NCBI GenBank assembly: GCA_032718475.1
Contig: JAUCBJ010003007.1
Location: 30,127 to 94,126, forward strand
Direction: 5' to 3'
DNA: 64,000 bases
Source: Nemertoderma westbladi
Taxonomy: Eukaryota; Animalia; Xenacoelomorpha
The notes under the pieces were generated by a model. It was not told where the DNA came from, did not search any database, and saw only the letters and a list, made by a program, of their open reading frames with translations. The position numbers and the translations under genes are program-made. Of this stretch, positions 11,501 through 26,691 are shown piece by piece; position 1 is the stretch's first letter; each line of letters starts with the position of its first letter.

Positions 11501-14500
11501 TCAGTAAAATGTACCAATCATCTACTCGGCATACACTGGAGAACGGTTCATCAGTAAAATGTACCAATCATCTACTCGGCATACACTGGAGAACGGTTAG
11601 TCAGTAAAATGTACCAATCGTCTACTTGGCGTACACTGGAGAACGGTTCATCAGTAAAATGTACCAATCATCTACTCGGCATACACTGGAGAACGGTTCA
11701 TCAGTAAAATGTACCAATCGTCTACTCGGCATACACTGGAGAACGGTTAGTCAGTAAAATGTACCAATCGTCTACTCGGCATACACTGGAGAACGGTTAG
11801 TCAGTAAAATGTACCAATCGTCTACTCGGCATACACTGGAGAACGGTTCATCAGTAAAATGTACCAATCGTCTACTCGGCATACACTGGAGAACGTTTAG
11901 TCAGTAAAATGTACCAATCGTCTACTCGGCATACACTGGAGAACGGTTAGTCAGTAAAATGTACCAATCGTCTACTCGGCATACACTGGAGAACGGTTCA
12001 TCAGTAAAATGTACCAATCGTCTACTCGGCATACACTGGAGAACGGTTAGTCAGTAAAATGTACCAATCGTCTACTCGGCATACACTGGAGAACGGTTCA
12101 TCAGTAAAATGTACCAATCATCTACTCGGCGTACACTGGAGAACGGTTCATCAGTAAAATGTACCAATCATCTACTCGGCGTACACTGGAGAACGGTTAG
12201 TCAGTAAAATGTACCAATCGTCTACTCGGCATACACTGGAGAACGGTTCATCAGTAAAATGTACCAATCGTCTACTCGGCATACACTGGAGAACGGTTAG
12301 TCAGTAAAATGTACCAATCGTCTACTCGGCATACACTGGAGAACGGTTCATCAGTAAAATGTACCAATCGTCTACTCAGCATACACTGGAGAACGGTTAG
12401 TCAGTAAAATGTACCAATCGTCTACGCGGCATACACTGGAGAACGGTTCATCAGTAAAATGTACCAATCATCTACTCGGCGTACACTGGAGAACGGTTAG
12501 TCAGTAAAATGTACCAATCGTCTACTCGGCATACACTGGAGAACGGTTCATCAGTAAAATGTACCAATCGTCTACTCGGCATACACTGGAGAACGGTTCA
12601 TCAGTAAAATGTACCAATCATCTACTCGGCGTACACTGGAGAACGGTTCATCAGTAAAATGTACCAATCATCTACTCGGCATACACTGGAGAACGGTTAG
12701 TCAGTAAAATGTACCAATCGTCTACTCGGCATACACTGGAGAACGGTTCATCAGTAAAATGTACCAATCATCTACTCGGCGTACACTGGAGAACGGTTCA
12801 TCAGTAAAATGTACTAATCATCTACTCGGCGTACACTGGAGAACGGTTCTTCAGTAAAATGTACCAATCATCTACTCGGCATACACTGGAGAACGGTTAG
12901 TCAGTAAAATGTACCAATCATCTACTCGGCGTACACTGGAGAACGGTTCATCAGTAAAATGTACCAATCATCTACTCGGCGTACACTGGAGAACGGTTCA
13001 TCAGTAAAATGTACCAATCATCTACTCGGCATACACTGGAGAACGGTTAGTCAGTAAAATGTACCAATCGTCTACTCGGCATACACTGGAGAACGGTTCA
13101 TCAGTAAAATGTACCAATCATCTACTCGGCGTACACTGGAGAACGGTTAGTCAGTAAAATGTACCAATCGTCTACTCGGCATACACTGGAGAACGGTTCA
13201 TCAGTAAAATGTACCAATCATCTACTCGGCGTACACTGGAGAACGGTTCATCAGTAAAATGTACCAATCATCTACTCGGCGTACACTGGAGAACGGTTAG
13301 TCAGTAAAATGTACCAATCGTCTACTCGGCATACACTGGAGAACGGTTCATCAGTAAAATGTACCAATCGTCTACTCGGCATACACTGGAGAACGGTTAG
13401 TCAGTAAAATGTACCAATCGTCTACTCGGCATACACTGGAGAACGGTTAGTCAGTAAAATGTACCAATCGTCTACTCGGCATACACTGGAGAACGGTTCA
13501 TCAGTAAAATGTACCAATCGTCTACTCGGCATACACTGGAGAACGGTTAGTCAGTAAAATGTACCAATCGTCTACTCGGCATACACTGGAGAACGGTTAG
13601 TCAGTAAAATGTACCAATCGTCTACTCGGCATACACTGGAGAACGGTTCATCAGTAAAATGTACCAATCGTCTACTCGGCATACACTGGAGAACGGTTAG
13701 TCAGTAAAATGTACCAATCATCTACTCGGCGTACACTGGAGAACGGTTCATCAGTAAAATGTACCAATCATCTACTCGGCATACACTGGAGAACGGTTAG
13801 TCAGTAAAATGTACCAATCGTCTACTCGGCATACACTGGAGAACGGTTCATCAGTAAAATGTACCAATCATCTACTCGGCGTACACTGGAGAACGGTTCA
13901 TCAGTAAAATGTACCAATCATCTACTCGGCGTACACTGGAGAACGGTTCATCAGTAAAATGTACCAATCATCTACTCGGCACACACTGGAGAACGGTTAG
14001 TCATTAAAATGTACCAATCGTCTACTCGGCATACACTGGAGAACGGTTCATCAGTAAAATGTACCAATCGTCTACTCGGCATACACTGGAGAACGGTTCA
14101 TCAGTAAAATGTACCAATCATCTACTCGGCGTACACTGGAGAACGGTTCATCAGTAAAATGTACCAATCATCTACTCGGCATACACTGGAGAACGGTTAG
14201 TCAGTAAAATGTACCAATCGTCTACTCGGCATACACTGGAGAACGGTTAGTCAGTAAAATGTACCAATCGTCTACTCGGCATACACTGGAGAACGGTTCA
14301 TCAGTAAAATGTACCAATCGTCTACTCGGCGTACACTGGAGAACGGTTCATCAGTAAAATGTACCAATCATCTACTCGGCGTACACTGGAGAACGGTTCA
14401 TCAGTAAAATGTACCAATCATCTACTCGGCATACACTGGAGAATGGTTCATCAGTAAAATGTACCAATCATCTACTCGGCGTACACTGGAGAACGGTTAG

Positions 14501-17500
14501 TCAGTAAAATGTACCAATCATCTACTCGGCGTACACTGGAGAACGGTTAGTCAGTAAAATGTACCAATCGTCTACTCGGCATACACTGGAGAACGGTTCA
14601 TCAGTAAAATGTACCAATCGTCTACTCGGCATACACTGGAGAACGGTTAGTCAGTAAAATGTACCAATCGTCTACTCGGCATACACTGGAGAACGGTTCA
14701 TCAGTAAAATGTACCAATCATCTACTCGGCATACACTGGAGAACGGTTAGTCAGTAAAATGTACCAATCATCTACTCGGCATACACTGGAGAATGGTTCA
14801 TCAGTAAAATGTACCAATCATCTACTCGGCATACACTGGAGAACGGTTAGTCAGTAAAATGTACCAATCATCTACTCGGCATACACTGGAGAACGGTTCA
14901 TCAGTAAAATGTACCAATCGTCTACTCGGCATACACTGGAGAACGGTTCATCAGTAAAATGTACCAATCATCTACTCGGCGTACACTGGAGAATGGTTCA
15001 TCAGTAAAATGTACCAATCATCTACTCGGCATACACTGGAGAACGGTTAGTCAGTAAAATGTACCAATCGTCTACTCGGCGTACACTGGAGAATGGTTCA
15101 TCAGTAAAATGTACCAATCATCTACTCGGCGTACACTGGAGAGTGGTTCATCAGTAAAATGTACCAATCATCTACTCGGCATACACTGGAGAACGGTTAG
15201 TCAGTAAAATGTACCAATCGTCTACTCGGCGTACACTGGAGAACGGTTAGTCAGTAAAATGTACCAATCGTCTACTCGGCATACACTGGAGAACGGTTCA
15301 TCAGTAAAATGTACCAATCATCTACTCGGCGTACACTGGAGAACGGTTAGTCAGTAAAATGTACCAATCATCTACTCGGCGTACACTGGAGAACGGTTAG
15401 TCAGTAAAATGTACCAATCGTCTACTCGGCGTACACTGGAGAACGGTTAGTCAGTAAAATGTACCAATCGTCTACTCGGCATACACTGGAGAACGGTTAG
15501 TCAGTAAAATGTACCAATCGTCTACTCGGCATACACTGGAGAACGGTTCATCAGTAAAATGTACCAATCATCTACTCGGCATACACTGGAGAACGGTTAG
15601 TCAGTAAAATGTACCAATCGTCTACTCGGCATACACTGGAGAACGGTTCAGCAGTAAAATGTACCAATCGTCTACTCGGCGTATGCTGGAGAACGGTTCA
15701 TTAGTAAAATGTACCAATCGTCTACTCGGCATATGCTGGAGTACGGTTCAGCAGTAAAATGTACCAATCGTCTACTCAGCGTATGCTGGAGAACGGTTCA
15801 TTAGTAAAATGTACCAATTGTCTACTCGGCGTACACTGGAGAATGATTCATCAGTAAAATGTACCAATCATCTACTCGGCATACACTGGAGAACGGTTAG
15901 TTAGTAAAATGTACCAATCGTCTACTCGGCATACACTGGAGAACGGTTCAGCAGTAAAATGTACCAATCGTCTACTCGGCGTATGCTGGAGAACGGTTCA
16001 TTAGTAAAATGTACCAATCGTCTACTCGGCATATGCTGGAGAACGGTTCAGCAGTAAAATGTACCAATCGTCTACTCGGCGTATGCTGGAGAACGGTTCA
16101 TTAGTAAAATGTACCAATTGTCTACTCGGCGTACACTGGAGAATGATTCATCAGTAAAATGTACCAATCATCTACTCGGCGTACACTGGAGAACGGTTAG
16201 TTAGTAAAATGTACCAATCGTCTACTCAGCATACACTGGAGAACGGTTCAGCAGTAAAATGTACCAATCGTCTACTCGGCGTATGCTGGAGAACGGTTCA
16301 TTAGTAAAATGTACCAATCGTCTACTCGGCATATGCTGGAGAACGGTTCAGCAGTAAAATGTACCAATCGTCTACTCGGCATATGCTGGAGAACGGTTCA
16401 GCAGTAAAATGTACCAATCGTCTACTCGGCGTATGCTGGAGAACGGTTCATTAGTAAAATGTACCAATTGTCTACTCGGCGTACACTGGAGAATGGTTTG
16501 TCAGTAAAATGTACCAATCGTCTACTCGGCATATGCTGGAGAACGGTTCATCAGTAAAATGTACCAATCATCTACTCGGCATACACTGGAGAACGGTTCA
16601 GCAGTAAAATGTACCAATCGTCTACTCGGCATACACTGGAGAACGGTTAGTCAGTAAAATGTACCAATCATCTACTCGGCGTACACTGGAGAACGGTTCA
16701 TCAGTAAAATGTACCAATCGTCTACTCGGCATACACTGGAGAACGGTTAGTCAGTAAAATGTACCAATCGTCTACTCGGCATACACTGGAGAACGGTTAG
16801 TCAGTAAAATGTACCAATCATCTACTCGGCGTACACTGGAGAACGGTTCATCTGTAAAATGTACCAATCGTCTACTCGGCATACACTGGAGAACAGTTAG
16901 TCAGTAAAATGTACCAATCGTCTACTCGGCATACACTGGAGAACGGTTAGTCAGTAAAATGTACCAATCGTCTACTCGGCGTACACTGGAGAACGGTTCA
17001 GCAGTAAAATGTACCAATCATCTACTCGGCGTACACTGTAGAACGGTTCGTCAGTAAAATGTACCAATCGTCTACTCGGCGTACACTGGAGAACGGTTCA
17101 TCAGTAAAATGTACCAATCGTCTACTCGGCGTACACTGGAGAACGGTTCATCAGTAAAATGTACCAATTTTCTACTCGGCATACACTGGAGAACGGTTAG
17201 TCAGTAAAATGTACCAATCGTCTACTCGGCGTACACTGGAGAACGGTTAGTCAGTAAAATGTACCAATCGTCTACTCGGCGTACACTGGAGAACGGTTCA
17301 GCAGTAAAATGTACCAATCGTCTACTCAGCATACACTGGAGAACGGTTAGTCAGTAAAATGTACCAATCGTCTACTCGGCGTACACTGGAGAACGGTTAG
17401 TCAGTAAAATGTACCAATCGTCTACTCGGCATACACTGGAGAACGGTTAGTCAGTAAAATGTACCAATCGTCTACTCGGCATACACTGGAGAACGGTTAG

Positions 17501-20500
17501 TCAGTAAAATGTACCATTCGTCTACTCGGCGTACACTGGAGAACGGTTCAGCAGTAAAATGTACCAATCATCTACTCGGCGTACACTGGAGAATGGTTCA
17601 TCAGTAAAATGTACCAATCTTCTACTCGGCGTACACTGGAGTACGGTTAATCAGTAAAATGTACCAATTGTCTACTCGGCGTACACTGGAGAACGGTTCA
17701 GCAGTAAAATGTACCAATCGTCTACTCGGCGTACACTGGAGAACGGTTCATCAGTAAAATGTACCAATCGTCTACTCGGCGTACACTGGAGAACGGTTCA
17801 TCAGTAAAATGTACCAATTGTCTACTCAGCATACACCGGAGATTGGTTCGTCAGTAAAATGTACCAATCGTCTACTCGGCGTACACTGGAGAACGGTTCA
17901 TCAGTAAAATGTACCAATCGTCTACTCGGCGTACACTGGAGAACGGTTCATCAGTAAAATGTACCAATCGTCTACTCGGCGTACACTGGAGAACGGTTAG
18001 TTAGTAAAATGTACCAATCGTCTACTCGGCGTACACTGGAGAACGGTTAGTCAGTAAAATGTACCAATCGTCTACTCGGCGTACACTGGAGAATGGTTAG
18101 TTAGTAAAATGTACCAATCGTATACTCGGCGTACACTGGAGAACGGTTCAGCAGTAAAATGTACCAATCGTCTACTCGGCATACACTGGAGAACGGTTAG
18201 TCAGTAAAATGTACCAATCGTCTACTCGGCGTACACTGGAGAACGGTTAGTTAGTAAAATGTACCAATCGTCTACTCGGCGTACACTGGAGAACGGTTAG
18301 TCAGTAAAATGTACCAATCGTCTACTCGGCGTACACTGGAGAACAGTTAGTCAGTAAAATGTACCAATCGTCTACTCGGCGTACACTGGAGAACGGTTCA
18401 GCAGTAAAATGTACCAATCATCTACTCGGCGTACACTTGAGAACGGTTCATCAGTAAAATGTACCAATCGTCTACTCGGCGTACACTGGAGAATGGTTCA
18501 TCAGTAAAATGTACCAATCGTCTACTCGGCGTACACTGGAGAACGGTTCATCAGTAAAATGTACCAATCGTCTACTCGGCGTACACTGGAGAACGGTTCA
18601 TCAGTAAAATATACCAATCATCTACTCGGCGTACACTGGAGAACGGTTCATCAGTAAAATGTACCAATTGTCTACTCAGCGTACGCTGGTGAATGGTTTG
18701 TCAGTAAAATGTACCAATCGTCTACTCGGCATATGCTGGAGAACGGTTCATCAGTAAAATGTATCAATCGTCTACTCGGCGTATGCTGGTGAATGGTTTG
18801 TCAGTAAAATGTACCAATCGTCTACTCGGCATATGCTGGAGAACGGTTCATCAGTAAAATGTATCAATCGTCTACTCGGCGAACGCTGGTGAATGGTTCA
18901 TCAGTAAAATGTACCAATCGTCTACTCGGAGTACGCTGGAGAATGGTTCATCAGTAAAATGTACCAATCGTCTACTTGGTGTACACTGGAGAATGGTTCA
19001 TCAGTAAAATGTACCAATCGTCTACTCGGTGTACACTGGAGAATGGTTTGTCAGTAAAATGTACCAATCGCCTACTCGGCATATGCTGGAGAACGGTTCA
19101 TCAGTAACATGTATCAATCGTCTACTCGGCGTACGCTGGTGAATGGTTTGTCAGTAAAATGTACCAATTGTCTACTCGGCATATGCTGGAGAACGGTTCA
19201 TCAGTAAAATGTATCAATCGTCTACTCGGCGTACGCTGGTGAATGGTTCATCAGTAAAATGTACCAATCGTCTACTCGGTGTACGCTGGAGAATGGTTCA
19301 TCAGTAAAATGTACCAATCGTCTACTTGGTGTACACTGGAGAATGGTTCATCAGTAAAATGTACCAATCATCTAATCGGCGTACACTGGAGAAAGGTTCA
19401 TCAGTAAAATGTACCAATCATCTACTCGGCGTACGCTGGTGAATGGTTCATCAGTAAAATGTACCAATCGTCTACTCGGCGTACGCTGGAGAACGGTTCA
19501 TTAGTAAAATTTCTCAATCGTCTACTCGGCGTACGCGTACTCTGGTGAACGGTTCATCAGTAAAATGTACCAATCGCCTACTCGGCGTATGCTGGAGAAT
19601 GGTTCATCAGTAAAAGGTACCAATCATCTACTCGGCGTACGCTGGAGAAGGGTTCATCAGTAAAATGTACCAATCGTCTACTCAGCGTACGCTGGAGAAT
19701 GGTTCATCAGTAAAATGTACCAATCGTCTACTCGGAGTACGCTGGAGAATGGTTCATCAGTAAAATGTACCAATCGTCTACTTGGTGTACACTGGAGAAT
19801 GGTTCATCAGTAAAATGTACCAATCGTCTACTCGGTGTACACTGGAGAATGGTTTGTCAGTAAAATGTACCAATCGCCTACTCGGCATATGCTGGAGAAC
19901 GGTTCATCAGTAACATGTATCAATCGTCTACTCGGCGTACGCTGGTGAATGGTTTGTCAGTAAAATGTACCAATTGTCTACTCGGCATATGCTGGAGAAC
20001 GGTTCATCAGTAAAATGTATCAATCGTCTACTCGGCGTACGCTGGTGAATGGTTCATCAGTAAAATGTACCAATCGTATACTCGGCGTACGCTGGAGAAT
20101 GGTTCATCAGTAAAATGTACCAATCGTATACTTGGTGTACACTGGAGAATGGTTCATCAGTAAAATGTACCAATCATCTAATCGGCGTACACTGGAGAAA
20201 GGTTCATCAGTAAAATGTACCAATCATCTACTCGGCGTACGCTGGTGAATGGTTCATCAGTAAAATGTACCAATCGTCTACTCGGCGTACGCTGGAGAAC
20301 GGTTCATTAGTAAAATGTCTCAATCGTCTACTCGGCGTACGCGTACTCTGGTGAACGGTTCATCAGTAAAATGTACCAATCGCCTACTCGGCGTATGCTG
20401 GAGAATGGTTCATCAGTAAAAGGTACCAATCATCTACTCGGCGTATGCTGGAGAAGGGTTCATCAGTAAAATGTACCAATTGTCTACTCAGCGTACGCTG

Positions 20501-23500
20501 GAGAATGGTTCATCAGTAAAATGTACCAATCGTCTACTCGGCGTACGCTGGAGAACGGTTCATCAGTAAAATGTACCAATCGTCTACTCGGCGTACGCTG
20601 GTGAATGGTTCATCAGTAAAATGTACCAATCATCTACTCGGTGTACACTGGAGAATGGTTTGTCAGTAAAATGTACCAATCGTCTACTCGGCGTATGCTG
20701 GTGAATGGTTCATCAGTAAAATGTACCAATCGTCTACTCGGCGTACGCTGGAGAATGGTTCATCAGTAAAATGTATCAATCGTCTACTCGGCGTACGCTG
20801 GTGAACGGTTCATCAGTAAAATGTACCAATCGTCTACTCGGCGTACACTGGAGAACGGTTCATCAGTAAAATGTATCAATCGTCTACTCGGCGTATGCTG
20901 GAGAACGGTTCATCAGTAAAATGTATCAATCGTCTACTCGGCGTACGCTGGTGAACGGTTCATCAGTAAAATGTACCAATCATCTACTCGGCGTACACTG
21001 GAGAATGGTTCATCAGTAAAAGGTACCAATCGTCTACTTGGCATACGCTGGAGAACGGTTCATCAGTAAAATGTACCAATCGTCTACTCGGCATACACTG
21101 GGGAACGGTTCGTCAGTAAAACGTACCAATCATCTACTCGGCATACGCTGGAGAATGGTTCATCAGTAAAATGTACCAATCATCTACTCGGCGTACACTG
21201 GAGAACGGTTCATCAGTAAAATGTACCAATCATCTACTCGGCGTACACTGGAGAACGGTTCATCAGTAAAATGTACCAATCATCTACTCGGCGTACACTG
21301 GAGAACGGTTCGTCAGTAAAATGTACCAAGTGTCTACTCGGCATACGCTGGAGAATGGTTCATCAGTAAAATGTACCAATCATCTACTCGGCGTACACTG
21401 GAGAATGGTTCGTCAGTAAAATGTACCAAGTGTCTACTCGGCATACGCTGGAGAATGGTTCATCAGTAAAATGTACCAATCGTCTACTCGGCGTACACTG
21501 GAGAACGGTTCATCAGTAAAATGTACCAATCATCTACTCGGCTTACACTGGAGAATGGTTCATCAGTAAAATGTACCAATTAGTCTACTCGGCGTACACT
21601 GGAGAACGGTTCGTCAGTAAAATGTACCAAGTGTCTACTCGGCATACGCTGGAGAATGGTTCGTCAGTAAAATGTACCAAGTGTCTACTCGGCATATGCT
21701 GGAGAATGGTTCATCAGTAAAATGTACCAATCGTCTACTCGGCGTACACTGGAGAACGGTTCATCAGTAAAATGTACCAATCGTCTACTCGGCGTATGCT
21801 GGAGAACGGTTCATCAGTAAAATGTACCAATCATCTACTCGGCGTACACTGGAGAACAGTTCATCAGTAAAATGTACCAATCATCTACTCGGCGTACACT
21901 GGAGAACGGTTCATCAGTAAAATGTACCAATCATCTACTCGGCGTACACTGGAGAACGGTTCATCAGTAAAATGTACCAATCATCTACTCGGCGTACACT
22001 GGAGAACGGTTCATCAGTAAAATGTACCAATCATCTACTCGGCGTACACTGGAGAACGGTTCGTCAGTAAAATGTACCAAGTGTCTACTCGGCATACGCT
22101 GGAGAATGGTTCATCAGTAAAATGTACCAATCATCTACTCGGCGTACACTGGAGAATGGTTCGTCAGTAAAATGTACCAAGTGTCTACTCGGCATACGCT
22201 GGAGAATGGTTCATCAGTAAAATGTACCAATCGTCTACTCGGCGTACACTGGAGAACGGTTCATCAGTAAAATGTACCAATCATCTACTCGGCTTACACT
22301 GGAGAATGGTTCATCAGTAAAATGTACCAATTAGTCTACTCGGCGTACACTGGAGAACGGTTCGTCAGTAAAATGTACCAAGTGTCTACTCGGCATATGC
22401 TGGAGAATGGTTCGTCAGTAAAATGTACCAAGTGTCTACTCGGCATATGCTGGAGAATGGTTCATCAGTAAAATGTACCAATCGTCTACTCGGCGTACAC
22501 TGGAGAACGGTTCATCAGTAAAATGTACCAATCGTCTACTCGGCGTATGCTGGAGAACGGTTCATCAGTAAAATGTACCAATCATCTACTCGGCGTACAC
22601 TTGAGAACAGTTCATCAGTAAAATGTACCAATCATCTACTCGGCGTACACTGGAGAACGGTTCGTCAGTAAAATGTACCAATCATCTACTCGGCGTACAC
22701 TGGAGAATGGTTCATCAGTAAAATGTACCAATCATCTACTCGGCATACACTGGAGAATGGTTCATCAGTAAAATGTACCAATCATCTACTCGGCATACAC
22801 TGGAGAATGGTTCATCAGTAAAATGTACCAATCATCTACTCGGCGTACACTGGAGAACGGTTCATCAGTAAAATGTACCAATCATCTACTCAGCGTACAC
22901 TGGAGAACGGTTCGTCAGTAAAATGTACCAATCGTCTACTCGGCGTACACTGGAGAATGGTTTGTCAGTAAAATGTACCAATCATCTACTCGGCATACAC
23001 TGGAGAACGGTTCATCAGTAAAATGTACCAATCATCTACTCGGCGTACACTGGAGAATGGTTCATCAGTAAAATGTACCATTCATCTACTCGGCGTACAC
23101 TGGAGAACGGTTCATCAGTAAAATGTACCAATCATCTACTCGGCGTACACTGGAGAACGGTTCATCAGTAAAATGTACCAATCATCTACTCGGCGTACAC
23201 TGGAGAATGGTTCATCAGTAAAATGTACCAATCATATACTCGGCGTACACTGGAGAACGGTTTATCAGTAACATGTATCAATCGTCTACTCGGCGTACGC
23301 TGGTGAATGGTTCATCAGTAAAATGTACCAATCATCTACTCGGCATACACTGGAGAACGGTTCATCAGTAAAATGTACCAATCATCTACTCGGCGTACAC
23401 TGGAGAACGGTTCATCAGTAAAATGTACCAATCATCTACTCGGCGTACACTGGAGAACGGTTCATCAGTAAAATGTACCAATCATCTACTCGGCATACAC

Positions 23501-26500
23501 TGGAGAACGGTTCATCAGTAAAATGTACCAATCATCTACTCGGCGTACACTGGAGAACGGTTCATCAGTAAAATGTACCAATCATCTACTCGGCGTACAC
23601 TGGAGAACGGTTCATCAGTAAAATGTACCAATCATCTACTCGGCATACACTGGAGAACGGTTCATCAGTGAAATGTACCAATCATCTACTCGGCATACAC
23701 TGGAGAATGGTTCATCAGTAAAATGTACCAATCATCTACTCGGCGTACACTGGAGAACGGTTCATCAGTAAAATGTACCAATCATCTACTCGGCGTACAC
23801 TGGAGAATGGTTCATCAGTAAAATGTACCCATCATCTACTCGGCGTACACTGGAGAACGGTTCGTTAGTAAAATGTACCAATCATCTACTCGGCGTACAC
23901 TGGAGAATGGTTCATCAGTAAAATGTACCAATCATCTACTCGGCATACACTGGAGAACGGTTCATCAGTAAAATGTACCAATCATCTACTCGGCGTACAC
24001 TGGAGAATGGTTCATCTGTAAAATGTACCAATCATCTACTCGGCGTACACTGGAGAACGGTTCATCAGTAAAATGTACCAATCATCTACTCGGCGTACAC
24101 TGGAGAATGGTTCATCAGTAAAATGTACCCATCATCTACTCGGTGTACACTGGAGAACGGTTCGTTAGTAAAATGTACCAATCATCTACTCGGCGTACAC
24201 TGGAGAACGGTTCGTCAGTAAAATGTACCAATCATCTACTCGGCGTACACTGGAGAATGGATCATCAGTAAAATGTACCAATCGTCTACTCGGCGTACAC
24301 TGGAGAACGGTTTGTCAGTAAAATGTACCAACCATCTACTCGGCATACACTGGAGAATGGTTCATCAGTAAAATGTACCAATCATCTACTCGGCGTACAC
24401 TGGAGAACGGTTTGTTAGTAAAATGTACCAATCATCTACTCGGCATACACTGGAGAATGGTTCATCAGTAAAATGTACGAATCATCTACTCGGCGTACAC
24501 TGGAGAACGGTTTGTCAGTAAAATGTACCAATCATCTACTCGGCGTACGCTGGTGAACGGTTCATCAGTAAAATGTACCAATCATCTACTCGGCGTACAC
24601 TGGAGAATGGTTCATCAGTAAAATGTAGCAATCATCTACTCGGCGTACACTGGAGAACAGTTTGTCAGTAAAATGTACCAATCATCTACTCGGCATACAC
24701 TGGAGAATGGTTCATCAGTAAAATGTACCAATCATCTACTCGGCGTACACTGGAGAACGGTTTGTCAGTAAAATGTACCAATCATCTACTTGGCGTACAC
24801 TGGTGAACGGTTCATCAGTAAAATGTACCAATCATATACTCGGCGCACACTGGAGAACGGTTCATCAGTAAAATGTACCAATCATCTACTCGGCGTACAC
24901 TGGAGAATGGTTCATCAGTAAAATGTACCAATCGTCTACTCGGCGTACACTGGAGAACGGTTCGTCAGTAAAATGTACCAATCGTCTACTCGGCGTACAC
25001 TGGAGAACGGTTCATCAGTAAAATGTACCAATCGTCTACTCGGCATACACTGGAGAACGGTTCGTCAGTAAAACGTACCAATCGTCTACTCGGCATACGC
25101 TGGAGAATGGTTCATCAGTAAAATGTACCAATCATCTACTCGGCGTACACTGGAGAATGGTTCATCAGTAAAAGGTACCAATCATCTACTCGGCGTATGC
25201 TGGAGAAGGGTTCATCAGTAAAATGTACTTATCATCTACTTGGCATACACTGGAGAATGGTTCATCAGTAAAATGTACCAATCGTCTACTCGGCGTACAC
25301 TGGAGAACGGTTCATCAGTAAAATGTACCAATCGTCTACTCGGTGTACACAGGAGAACGGCTTGTCAGTAAAATGTTCCAATCATCTACTCAGCGTACAC
25401 TGGAGAATGGTTTGTCAGTAAAATGTACCAAGTGTCTACTCGGCATACGCTGGAGAATGGTTCATCAGTAAAATGTACCAATCATCTACTCGGCGTACAC
25501 TGGAGAACGGTTCATCAGTAAAATGTACCAATCATCTACTCGGCATACACTGGAGAATGGTTCATCAGTAAAATGTACCAATCATCTACTCGGCGTACAC
25601 TGGAGAACGGTTTGTCAGTAAAATGTACCAATCATCTACTTGGCGTACGCTGGTGAACGGTTCATCAGTAAAATGTACCAATCATATACTCGGCGCACAC
25701 TGGAGAACGGTTCATCAGTAAAATGTACCAATCATCTACTCGGCGTACACTGGAGAATGGTTCATCAGTAAAATGTACCAATCGTCTACTCGGCGTACAC
25801 TGGAGAACGGTTCGTCAGTAAAATGTACCAATCGTCTACTCGGCGTACACTGGAGAACGGTTCATCAGTAAAATGTACCAATCGTCTACTCGGCATACAC
25901 TGGGGAACGGTTCATCAGTAAAACGTACCAATCGTCTACTCGGCATACGCTGGGGAATGGTTCATCAGTAAAATGTACCAATCATCTACTCGGCGTACAC
26001 TAGAGAATGGTTCATCAGTAAAAGGTACCAATCATCTACTCGGCGTATGCTGGAGAAGGGTTCATCAGTAAAATGTATTAATCATCTACTTGGCGTACAC
26101 TGGAGAATGGTTCATCAGTAAAATGTACCAATCGTCTACTCGGCGTACACTGGAGAACGGTTCATCAGTAAAATGTACCAATCGTCTACTCGGTGTACAC
26201 AGGAGAACGGCTTGTCAGTAAAATGTTCCAATCATCTACTCGGCGTACACTGGAGAATGGTTTGTCAGTAAAATGTACCAAGTGTCTACTCGGCATACGC
26301 TGGAGAATGGTTCATCAGTAAAATGTACCAATCATCTACTCGGCGTACACTGGAGAACGGTTCATCAGTAAAATGTACCAATCGTCTACTCGGCGTATGC
26401 TGGAGAATGGTTCATCAGTAATATGTACCAATCGTCTACTCAGCGTACACTGGAGAACAGTTCGTTAGTAAAATGTACCATGCATCTACTTTGCGTATGC

Positions 26501-26542
26501 TGGAGAACGGTTCGTCAGTAAAGTGTACCAATCGTCTACTCG
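5540..26542. repeat. 21-kb intronic satellite, 50-bp unit, about 420 copies with higher-order duplications
   Basis: Continuous 50-bp period with three main biallelic sites (GTAC/ATAC, TTCA/TTAG, ATCA/ATCG); more divergent toward the right end. Confidence 0.99.
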
Positions 26543-26691
26543 ACTAATATAGGTGTTTGCATAGTGGCGCAAATTGACAGCAACTGTAAAAAATAAATTC
26601 CAGTGCAAATTAAACCTCAAGTGAAATCAAGTTTCGTTTATATTGTTCTGGTTAGAAAACAACATCACTGTAACCTGTTCCTTTCCCTTAA

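Noticed and set aside
5540-26542. CRISPR-like reading of the 50-, 40- and 47-bp arrays
   Set aside because: Units are head-to-tail with no unique spacers, there are no cas genes, and the context is a eukaryotic intron.
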